Below, piece after piece: positions 1 through 8,570 of a DNA stretch of 64,000 nucleotides; the stretch's first letter is position 1; each line of letters begins with the position of its first letter. The translations under genes were made by a program, and so were the position numbers. Where the stretch lies: contig OY776215.1 in the NCBI GenBank assembly GCA_963675495.1, positions 1,216,001 through 1,280,000 on the forward strand. Reading direction: 5' to 3'. The notes under the pieces were generated by a model. The model was not told where the DNA came from. It saw only the letters and a list, made by a program, of their open reading frames with translations, and did not search any database. The stretch is from an uncultured Methanolobus sp. (lineage in GTDB: Archaea > Halobacteriota > Methanosarcinia > Methanosarcinales > Methanosarcinaceae).

Positions 1-2923
1 ATTCAGGGAATTCTGGTGCCCTGTTAGTCTTCTCAACTGTGATCTCAGCATATGTGACATCTTCATCACTGCCATCAGATACAGCAAATCGGACTGTATA
101 ATAGCCTTCATCATCATAACCTGGCGTCCATGAAAAAGCTCCTGTAGTTGAGTTCAAGCTTGCCGTTGCAGGAATATCATCCATAGTATAACTAAGGGCA
201 TCATTATCTTGATCACTGGCAGATAGACTGAATTCAAGAGTTTCACCTTCTTTTACACTATTGCTTCCTACATCAATAAGCACAGGCTCACGATTCACAT
301 TGTTGACCTTAATAGTGATGGCTTTTTCATCATAGGACTTACCATCGGAAACAGTGAAATTGACATCATAGGTACCTGAATTATCATATGTTGGAATCCA
401 GGTAAAGACATTGTCATCCATGGAACCAAATGCAGCATCTGTGAAATATTTAAGAGTATCATTGTCAGCATCTGTTGCTGAAAGATTAATTGTCAGCATA
501 CTGTTTTCCATGACAGACCTATCACCAATATTAGCAAGTACCGGTGGGCGGTTGACATTGAGAACTGTTATGGTTATGACCTCATGATCGACATCAATTC
601 CATCACTTACGTTGAATTCTACATCATAAATATTGGAATCATCATACGTTGGAGTCCAGCTGAAAACTTTGCCATTAAGAGTACCGAAACCGGCATTGCT
701 TGAATATGTAAGAGTATCACCATCAATGTCGGTTGCATTCAGAGTGATTTTGAGGGTTTCAGATTCGTTCACGACCCTCTCACCAATAAAATCAAGGACA
801 GGGGCATTATTAGGAATTACAACATCAAGAACTGTGATAGTAATGGTTTCTGAATCAATAGTAGTACCATCGGAAACAGTGAATTTAACAGTATGAGATC
901 CTATGTCATCAGAATTGGGAATCCAGTTGAACACATTGTCATTAAGAGTACCAAAACTGGCATTGCTGAAGTATGTAAGAGTATCACCATCAATGTCAGT
1001 TGCATTAAGAGTGATTGTCAGGGTTTCAGATTCATTTAGGATTCTGTCACCGATTAAATCAAGGACAGGGGCATTGTTCGGAACAATAACATCAAGAACG
1101 GTAATGGTTATGGTTTCCGAATCAGTAGCATTACCATCAGATACTGTGAAATTGATAGTATGAGTTCCTACATCATCGGAATCAGGAATCCAGCTGAACA
1201 CACCGGTTACTTCATCCAGAAATGCATTATCAGGTAAGTTCTGACCTAAGTATGCCAGACTATCTCCATCCATATCAGTTGCAACAAGGTTAATCTCAAG
1301 TTCTTGTTCTGCCTCAACACTTCTACTACCTATAAAAGATAACTCAGGAGGCGCATTTGTATCACTGACAACTACAGTTACAACTGCGAAATCACTAAGC
1401 TCACCATCTGTAGCTGTGAAGTTTATGTTGTAGATACCATTTGAAGTCTGGTTTGCAGTGTATCCCGGAGTCCAGCTGAACTTATCACCGGATATCAATC
1501 CATAAGATGTGTTTGAGGAGAATGTAAGCAAATCCTCAGTGTCTGGATCCATACAATTGAGTGTGATTGTTAATTCCTCATCTTCGTTGACATAGTGCAC
1601 TGGCATCTGTCCAAATGAAGGAGGTCTGTTGACATTGATTACTTCAATCGTCATTTGTTCCAGATCCTCAAAGACACCATCGTATGCACGGAAAGTAATG
1701 GTATAGATACCACTTTGTTCGTAATCTGGTGTCCAGGAAAACTCACCTGTGGTCGGATCTAAGGTTGCACCAGAAGGAAGGTCTGATGCAGTATACTCAA
1801 TTGGGTCATAATCAGGAGATGATGCATTCAGGATAAAGTCAAGAGTTTCGGATTCATTGACCAACTGATTATCAATAGGTTCAAGCACAGGCATAAGGTT
1901 TGTACTACCCACCCCAATTGTAACGATGTCGTAATCCCACATAGAACCGTCTGTAACACTAAATTCTATTTGATGGAAACCTTTATCGTCATAATCAGGA
2001 GTCCAGGTAAAAACATTGCCCGAAATATTTCCATATGGTACGTCCTTGAAATAAGCAAGAGTATCGCCATCAGGATCGTTTGCAGTTAGAACCAGCGAAA
2101 ATGGAATACCTTCTTCTGTTATTTCATCAGAAAGTGAAGTGAAAACAGGTGCTCTGTTGGTGTTTGACACTGTAACAGTGATTATTTCTGAATCAATCCC
2201 ATTACCATCAGATACAGAGAAATTAATAGAATAAGTTCCAGAATCATCAAATCCTGGAGTCCAAGTGAAAGCATTTCCAGTAAGAGTACCAAAACTGGCA
2301 TTACTAGAATATGTTAGAGTATCACCATCAATATCAGTTGCATCCAAGATGAGTATCAGGGTTTCTGATTCATTTACATCCTGATTGCCTATAGCTCCTA
2401 GTACTGGAGCTGAATTGACATTTATGGTTCCATTTATAATAGTATCAGGAACTGATGAAGTATTGGCACTGAGAATTTCTACATCTTGCAACACCAGGGA
2501 AGACCTCCCACTTACAGATGTTGTAAAGACGAGATCCAGCAATGGAATGTCGGCCACAGTTGTTGTGTTGTTCAATTGCCTCAATTGGATATGAGCTGTT
2601 CCGGGTGTTCCTTCAACATAATCTGCAACATGTCCCAAGACAGCACTGTGGTTCTCTAAAACACTGTCAATAGACATAATACTCGGATCATACACCAGAG
2701 TCAAGTTAATGCCTGTTACATTCTCGCAATTTGCTATAGAAATCACTACGTGTGCATTGTCACCGGGATTTACTTTTTCAGAACTTATGGCAACTATACC
2801 ACCCGATGCTGCACTAGCTAATATTATAGGATTGAATGTCGAAAGAATAATAGATATCGACAATAATATCCTTAAATAATTCAATACACCGTTTTGTTTA
2901 ATGTTTTTTATTAAAGGATGCAT
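1..2923 (-). CDS. Large secreted surface protein (3' end outside window): signal peptide, cohesin-like domain, >=9 cadherin/He_PIG-like Ig repeats
   Basis: Absent from the ORF track, presumably because its stop lies outside the window. Manual translation from ATG 2923 (GGGTGAGAGT upstream) gives MHPLIKNIKQNGVLNYLRILLSISIILSTFNPIILASAASGG..VNPGDNAHVVISIANCENVTGINLTLVYDPS. The same frame reads NRAPEFPE at the window edge. N(R/N)xP..ATDxDGDTLTY..F(T/S)WTP units recur every ~260-280 bp. Confidence 0.85.
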   Translation of the reverse strand, partial: MHPLIKNIKQNGVLNYLRILLSISIILSTFNPIILASAASGGIVAISSEKVNPGDNAHVVISIANCENVTGINLTLVYDPSIMSIDSVLENHSAVLGHVADYVEGTPGTAHIQLRQLNNTTTVADIPLLDLVFTTSVSGRSSLVLQDVEILSANTSSVPDTIINGTINVNSAPVLGAIGNQDVNESETLILILDATDIDGDTLTYSSNASFGTLTGNAFTWTPGFDDSGTYSINFSVSDGNGIDSEIITVTVSNTNRAPVFTSLSDEITEEGIPFSLVLTANDPDGDTLAYFKDVPYGNISGNVFTWTPDYDDKGFHQIEFSVTDGSMWDYDIVTIGVGSTNLMPVLEPIDNQLVNESETLDFILNASSPDYDPIEYTASDLPSGATLDPTTGEFSWTPDYEQSGIYTITFRAYDGVFEDLEQMTIEVINVNRPPSFGQMPVHYVNEDEELTITLNCMDPDTEDLLTFSSNTSYGLISGDKFSWTPGYTANQTSNGIYNINFTATDGELSDFAVVTVVVSDTNAPPELSFIGSRSVEAEQELEINLVATDMDGDSLAYLGQNLPDNAFLDEVTGVFSWIPDSDDVGTHTINFTVSDGNATDSETITITVLDVIVPNNAPVLDLIGDRILNESETLTITLNATDIDGDTLTYFSNASFGTLNDNVFNWIPNSDDIGSHTVKFTVSDGTTIDSETITITVLDVVIPNNAPVLDFIGERVVNESETLKITLNATDIDGDTLTYSSNAGFGTLNGKVFSWTPTYDDSNIYDVEFNVSDGIDVDHEVITITVLNVNRPPVLANIGDRSVMENSMLTINLSATDADNDTLKYFTDAAFGSMDDNVFTWIPTYDNSGTYDVNFTVSDGKSYDEKAITIKVNNVNREPVLIDVGSNSVKEGETLEFSLSASDQDNDALSYTMDDIPATASLNSTTGAFSWTPGYDDEGYYTVRFAVSDGSDEDVTYAEITVEKTNRAPEFPE
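20..2420 (-). repeat. Intragenic ~90-aa (~270 bp) Ig/cadherin-like domain repeats
   Basis: GAGTATCACCATCAAT recurs at ~712, ~981 and ~2317. The ~640-900 and ~910-1170 units are closely similar at DNA level. Confidence 0.8.
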
Positions 2924-3252
2924 ACTCTCACCCTTGACAATAATCAGCGATCTGCTTCCGAATATAGTCAATTTTTTTGAGCTGCATACACTCTTGTATA
3001 CAACTACTAATGATTGCTTTTTCAGACATACAGTACTACTACTGATGCCCCCAAATTACTCCACAGTCATCAATTATACAACAATATATTATATAATTAT
3101 TTAATATCGATGAATTTATAAATTCATAATAATTGTTTTGCGATATAAACGAGAAAGAATCTAAATGTGAAATATATATGCACATGCAATTCAAAAAATA
3201 TATCTATCATGCCTATGTAAAACCTGCCACCCAGTAATAGAGATGAAAATTC

Positions 3253-4998
3253 TTGGATGGAAAAACAGCTTTCAAAGACCTTAAACAAAATTTGTTGCAA
3301 TGGTTACATACAGAATCACTGATATCCAATTCCCTTGCACTTGTTGTAGGTGTTCTCACAGGCCTTGCCATCGTATTTTATGACAGTTTACTGGAAATGA
3401 GCCATAATTCATTTCACGGAATACTTCCTGAATCTCACGGCTATTTCATAATTCTCTTGCCTGCCCTTGGCGGACTAATCGTTGGTATAATAGTTCATCT
3501 TTTCATACATACCAGGCGCTATGACATTGAAGAGGTCATTGAGGCAACCGCCCTTCATGGCGGCAGAATGTCAGTAAGAAATGCATTCCTGGAAGTTCTT
3601 GCATCTATCGTATCTATCGGTTCTGGTGGGTCTGTTGGAAAAGAAGCACCCGTGGTTCTTGCAGGTTCAGGTGTAGGGTCACTGGTTTCGCAGATACTCA
3701 AGATCAATGGTAACCGGGTGAAGATACTGATAGGATGCGGAGCTTCAGGTGGAATTGCCGCTGCCTACAATGCACCTCTTGCAGGAGTCGTCTTCGCCGT
3801 AGAGGTAATACTTGGTGAACTTGAAGCGAGTTCATTTATACCCATTGTCATCTCCGCAGTCTTTGCAACACTGGTTTCAAGTGTGATATTTGGTGTTAGA
3901 ACAATAGAAGTATCATCATATCAACTTGTGAATCCCTTCTTTGAATCCATCCTTTATCTGTTCCTTGGGGTGCTGGCCGGAGTCATATCGGCGATTTTAA
4001 TGCGTGCCCTTTTTGGAACACACAAATTCTTTGATTCGCTGAGCATACATCCGGCGATAAAACCTGCAATTGGTGGGCTTTTTGTAGGATTGATAGGATT
4101 CTTTTACCCCCAGGTATTCGGTGTAGGGTACAATGTCATCACAGATGCCCTTAACAATGGACTGGCACTGAACCTCATGCTGGCACTCATTGTTCTCAAG
4201 ATCATCGCATTCTCTTTCACAATGGGATCAGGCGGATCAGGCGGGTCCATCGTACCTTCACTTTTTGTAGGTGCAATGCTTGGTGGAGCTTACGGTTCCA
4301 TCGTTCACGGGATATTCCCAATGCTCACAGCAGAATCAGGTGCATATGCTCTTGCAGGCATGGGAGCCGTATTCGCGGGAACAAGCAGGGCACCCCTTGC
4401 ATCTATTCTCATTCTTTTTGAACTTACACGTGATTACAATATGATACTTCCAATAATGCTTGCATGTGTAGTCAGCAATGTAGTTTCAAGTTCCATTAAC
4501 TCCGAATCCATATTCACGGAAGGATTACATAGACGTGGCTTCACCATCAGGAAAGGCAGGGAAGTCGACATCATGGAATCCTTGCTGGTTACAAATGCAA
4601 TGAAACACAACGTTCAGACAGTATCGGAGAACAAGAAAGTCGGAGCATTGATCTCTCTCATGCAATCAAGTCGGCACGCAGGATTTCCGGTGCTTGATTC
4701 AAACGGGAATCTATCTGGTGTAGTTACGCTTAAAGATGTCAGGGACAAAGTGGGCCATGACGAACTTAATAAGACGATCAATGAGATATGCAGTAAGGAC
4801 GTTGAAGTGGCATATCCGGAGGAAACTTTGAATACAGTATTAAAACGCCTTGCTGCAAAAGATATTGGAAGGCTTCCAGTTGTCTTAAAAACAGACAGGA
4901 CAAAACTGCTTGGAATAATAACCCGCAGTGATATCGTCAAATTATACGATAAGAAGATACTTGATAAAGTACAGAGACTACAAAAAGAAGGACCTTAA
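3253..4998 (+). CDS. ClC-family chloride channel/antiporter with C-terminal CBS pair
   Basis: GGSVGKEAP, AAYNAPLAG..FAVE, RAPLASILILFELT motifs, many TM helices, CBS motifs (GFPVLD, GRLPVV, GIITRSD). Confidence 0.93.
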   Translation: MDGKTAFKDLKQNLLQWLHTESLISNSLALVVGVLTGLAIVFYDSLLEMSHNSFHGILPESHGYFIILLPALGGLIVGIIVHLFIHTRRYDIEEVIEATALHGGRMSVRNAFLEVLASIVSIGSGGSVGKEAPVVLAGSGVGSLVSQILKINGNRVKILIGCGASGGIAAAYNAPLAGVVFAVEVILGELEASSFIPIVISAVFATLVSSVIFGVRTIEVSSYQLVNPFFESILYLFLGVLAGVISAILMRALFGTHKFFDSLSIHPAIKPAIGGLFVGLIGFFYPQVFGVGYNVITDALNNGLALNLMLALIVLKIIAFSFTMGSGGSGGSIVPSLFVGAMLGGAYGSIVHGIFPMLTAESGAYALAGMGAVFAGTSRAPLASILILFELTRDYNMILPIMLACVVSNVVSSSINSESIFTEGLHRRGFTIRKGREVDIMESLLVTNAMKHNVQTVSENKKVGALISLMQSSRHAGFPVLDSNGNLSGVVTLKDVRDKVGHDELNKTINEICSKDVEVAYPEETLNTVLKRLAAKDIGRLPVVLKTDRTKLLGIITRSDIVKLYDKKILDKVQRLQKEGP

Positions 4999-5050
4999 CC
5001 TGAATAAAAAACATAATCTGTAAAAATACCGGTTAAACTTAAACCTAAAC

Positions 5051-6328
5051 TTAAATTACAATCCTTCCCAGGAAATACCCCGGAGTTGCATCATATATTT
5101 GCACACGGCAGGTAATTCCCGGTTCGAGGGCACATTCCGGAATGACCACCGGTTTATACGTGTCAGTACGTGCCATCATACCTTTCTGTTTTGCAGGCTT
5201 TGAAAGGAAAACATCGACTTCCCTGCCAATCATACAATCCCTTGATCCAAGTTTAACAGACTCACAAACACCATGCAACTCATTTGACCTGTTAACGATT
5301 ATACGTGAATCGAGCTTTCGCATTTCCCATGCTTTGGTATGCGGTCTTGGAGTGAAACGGGAGATATTTACCTTTTCCGGTTTATACTCTTTCACCCAGT
5401 CAACTGTTTTTTTGAAATCTTCATCATTTTCACCAGGATAACCCACGATGATATCCGTAAAAATGGTCATGTCAGGAAATCTTGACCTGAACTTATCAAC
5501 AATTGCATTCGCCTCTGATATCGAATGATACCGATTCATGTTCTTCAAAACATTATCTGATGCGGATTGTATCGGAAGGTGAAGAAATTTATATATTTTC
5601 TCATCTTCAAAAGAGTCAAGCAGATCATCAAGAATTGGTGTCACAGAAAAAGGGTTCATCATTCCAACCCTTATCTTGAACTGGCCAGGTATCCTGCACA
5701 CCATATCCAGCAGTTGAGGAAGCAAGACCTCTTTGTCAGTTCCATACTGACCGTTATCCTGTGATGTAAGCCATATCTCCCTGCACCCCTCATTAACAGC
5801 CTTTCTTATATCAGCAACTAATTCATCAGGTTCAAATGAACGCAGGTTACCACGTGCTATTGTCACTATACAATATGCACATGCATAATTGCATCCCTGA
5901 GACAGCTGGCAAATATGGATATTGGAATTAAAGCGCATTCTTGGAACACTCTGGAAACCTTCGGGTTCCGGAAGAAAAACCTTTACACTTCCATTTACCG
6001 AATTAAGGGAATCAAGCATCTGACCCACCCGGGATATAGAATTCACACCTAATATATGGGCATCGGGATTTTGGTGCAGAATATCGTCAAGCTGAACTTC
6101 CGGCATACAGCCGGAAACTATGACCTTTATGCCTTTTTCACCGAATTCCCGAATCTTATAAAGTATCTTCTGCTCGGTCGTATACTTCACAGTACATGTA
6201 TTGATAACAACTACATCGGCATCTTTCTCAGGGACAAGTTCATGCCCACTATCCCTGATGCTTGCCTTCATTATCTCGGCCGATGCCTGACTTGCAGAAC
6301 AGCCGTAAGTTGAGATATGTACTTTCAT
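5051..6328 (-). CDS. MiaB-like radical SAM tRNA methylthiotransferase (archaeal MtaB type, ms2t6A37)
   Basis: TYGC..INTCTV..SGC UPF0004 domain, GCNYACAYC radical SAM motif, C-terminal TRAM. Start set at MKVHIS. Confidence 0.9.
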   Translation of the reverse strand: MKVHISTYGCSASQASAEIMKASIRDSGHELVPEKDADVVVINTCTVKYTTEQKILYKIREFGEKGIKVIVSGCMPEVQLDDILHQNPDAHILGVNSISRVGQMLDSLNSVNGSVKVFLPEPEGFQSVPRMRFNSNIHICQLSQGCNYACAYCIVTIARGNLRSFEPDELVADIRKAVNEGCREIWLTSQDNGQYGTDKEVLLPQLLDMVCRIPGQFKIRVGMMNPFSVTPILDDLLDSFEDEKIYKFLHLPIQSASDNVLKNMNRYHSISEANAIVDKFRSRFPDMTIFTDIIVGYPGENDEDFKKTVDWVKEYKPEKVNISRFTPRPHTKAWEMRKLDSRIIVNRSNELHGVCESVKLGSRDCMIGREVDVFLSKPAKQKGMMARTDTYKPVVIPECALEPGITCRVQIYDATPGYFLGRIVI

Positions 6329-6346
6329 TTTAGAGATGACTAACAT

Positions 6347-7438
6347 TTATACAAATCGCAGAGGAGTTTTCTCTGTATCATGGATATAGATCGTATCTGA
6401 AAATTTGACAACCCCCGAACTACCCATAGTAATACTGTGAACCCTTGAGTCACCGTCCCCGAAAAGATTAACACCCCGAAGCATTAATCCTGGTGTTACA
6501 CCTGTAGCAGAGAAGATTATATCTTTACCAGGTGCCAGTTTTTCTGTATCCAGCACATCATTGATGTTATCTTCTGTGATTCCCATTTTCTCAAGTCTTG
6601 GCATTTTTTCAGCCTTTTCTTTTGCAATTTCCTCGGGCGAACCACCATTAGCTACAGTAGGAAGAACAAGCCTTGCAAGAATCTTGCCACCAAGTATCTT
6701 TATAGCAGCTGCCGTAAGCACTGCCTCTCCTGAACCACCGGAACCAAGGACCATATGAACACCGGAACCACGAATAGCGGTTGCAACCCCGGGCATCAGA
6801 TCGCCATCTGTAATCAGGTTCACTCTTGCACCAGTTTCCCTTATCTCCTTTATTTTGTCCTTGTGCCTGTCCCTTTCAAGAATAACAACCACAAGCTCAT
6901 CCACATTTCTGTTAAGGGCCTTTGCAACTATCTGAAGGTTCTGGAGCACTGGTGCATCAAGGTCTATTTTTTCATCCGGATGCGTTTTCTCATATTTTAC
7001 TACTTCCGAGCCGACCACGATCTTGTCCATATAAATGTCCGGACCGTGGAATAGTCCACCCCTTTCAGCCATAGCCATGACAGATATGGCACCTGGAGTT
7101 CCGTTTGCTGCCAGGTTGGTCCCTTCCAGAGGATCCACAGCAATATCAACTTCCAGTTCACCTTTTCCGGTTCCTACTTCTTCACCGATAAAAAGCATGG
7201 GGGCTTCATCACGCTCTCCTTCACCGATCTTGATCATGCCTTTCATGTCAAGACAGTTCAGCATTCTGCGCATTGATTCCACAGAAACCTGGTCTGCATA
7301 ATTCTTATCGCCACGGCCCATCTGATAAGAAGCTGCTATTGCTGCTGCTTCTGTAACATGTAATAATCTGGGCAAAAGGGAACACTCGATTGGTCCCGCA
7401 CACTTTATCATCTCTTCAGCGGTTTTAGGATGAGGCAT
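6347..7438 (-). CDS. glpX: Fructose-1,6-bisphosphatase class II
   Basis: IGEGERDEAPML, DIAVDPLEGT, FSATGVT motifs. Start set at MPHPK. Confidence 0.92.
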   Translation of the reverse strand: MPHPKTAEEMIKCAGPIECSLLPRLLHVTEAAAIAASYQMGRGDKNYADQVSVESMRRMLNCLDMKGMIKIGEGERDEAPMLFIGEEVGTGKGELEVDIAVDPLEGTNLAANGTPGAISVMAMAERGGLFHGPDIYMDKIVVGSEVVKYEKTHPDEKIDLDAPVLQNLQIVAKALNRNVDELVVVILERDRHKDKIKEIRETGARVNLITDGDLMPGVATAIRGSGVHMVLGSGGSGEAVLTAAAIKILGGKILARLVLPTVANGGSPEEIAKEKAEKMPRLEKMGITEDNINDVLDTEKLAPGKDIIFSATGVTPGLMLRGVNLFGDGDSRVHSITMGSSGVVKFSDTIYIHDTEKTPLRFV

Positions 7439-7544
7439 AATTATCATTTCCTGAATTGTTTTTTTGATTATAAAGAATTTAATGACACATGTATTAATGG
7501 TTTCTATATTAGAGTTTCGCGGGGATGACATATCAATGCTCAGA

Positions 7545-8054
7545 CTATTTCAAAATATCAACCAAGGCTACCCTTTCCATAACAAGGGACTGAAGCATCT
7601 CTTCACCTGCGGCCCATATTTCTTCCTCTGTTATCAAAAACTGTTCGATCAAAGCCGCCCTTTTGGAACTGGCATAATTCATCACAGGTGCTTCTTCAAT
7701 GAGAGCATTTAATGTCCGAACAGATAGTTCAACATCTTCGTTTTCACCAAGCACAACAAATGCCACATTCATCTGTCCTTCATGAACACCCATGGAAAAT
7801 GCTTCACCAATCTGTTTTTTGCCTGAAGCATACCTCATTATTTCAATTCCCAGATCATGTGCCATACAACAATTGTTCTCTTTAGCACGCAAAGCTTTTT
7901 GGACAGAAAAAAGAAGGTGTTTTTCACCTGCTATTTTGCCAGCATCCATTGCCTGAATTATAGTGTTGTAATTTGAAGATATAGACTTTATTGCTTTCAG
8001 AAAATCAGGCACATTGTCTATGTAAATTGACCCACCTGTCATCTTAAATTCCAT
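7545..8054 (-). CDS. cgi121: KEOPS complex subunit Cgi121
   Basis: IAGEKHL..A, EIMRYASGKKQI, ERVALVD motifs. Confidence 0.88.
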   Translation of the reverse strand: MEFKMTGGSIYIDNVPDFLKAIKSISSNYNTIIQAMDAGKIAGEKHLLFSVQKALRAKENNCCMAHDLGIEIMRYASGKKQIGEAFSMGVHEGQMNVAFVVLGENEDVELSVRTLNALIEEAPVMNYASSKRAALIEQFLITEEEIWAAGEEMLQSLVMERVALVDILK

Positions 8055-8174
8055 GTACCAAGATACGGGAGTCCTTGAGAATAAGTATAACGGTCAGACA
8101 TTATATGCTCAATTGTTCAACTGGATAACTTTATCAACACATAAATCAAAGAATAAATAGGAATATGAGGCAAC

Positions 8175-8327
8175 ATGAGTAAACTAAGTAATGTGCAACA
8201 AAGCAAATACTATAAGTGCTACAACTGTGGGTTTGCCAGAGAAGTTGTTATTCCTTGCAATGACTGCGAAGAAGGAGACGTGAAGTGTCCTTTTTGCGGT
8301 GAAAAGATGGCAAGAAGATGGGAATGA
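8175..8327 (+). CDS. 50-aa Cys-rich Zn-ribbon/desulforedoxin-like small protein (not in ORF track)
   Basis: MSKLSNVQQSKYYKCYNCGFAREVVIPCNDCEEGDVKCPFCGEKMARRWE*, GAGG 4 nt upstream, three CxxC motifs. Confidence 0.75.
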   Translation: MSKLSNVQQSKYYKCYNCGFAREVVIPCNDCEEGDVKCPFCGEKMARRWE

Positions 8328-8364
8328 CAAAACTTTAAAATTAACAAATGGGAGATTGGTGCAA

Positions 8365-8514
8365 ATGCATAAACTGTATGATATGCAACCAGGGGAACGT
8401 TATTTCTGTGAGACATGCGGTTTTGAGATGGAAATCATCGACCGTGGCGATACATCCTGTGATGATATAGCCGTATGCCCTTGTTGTAGTAAAAACTTAA
8501 AATTAAGAGATTGA
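8365..8514 (+). CDS. 49-aa Cys-rich Zn-ribbon/desulforedoxin-like small protein
   Basis: MHKLYDMQPGERYFCETCGFEMEIIDRGDTSCDDIAVCPCCSKNLKLRD*, GGTG upstream, same pattern as the neighbouring gene. Confidence 0.75.
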   Translation: MHKLYDMQPGERYFCETCGFEMEIIDRGDTSCDDIAVCPCCSKNLKLRD

Positions 8515-8570
8515 AACATACTCTTAGAATGTGTTATTTTCCCATTACAGAACTACTTGGGAAAACAATA

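Noticed and set aside
633-2594. Plus-strand ORFs at 633, 903 and 2385, and the many similar short antisense ORFs throughout the track
   Set aside because: Shadows of real genes on the opposite strand or in another frame
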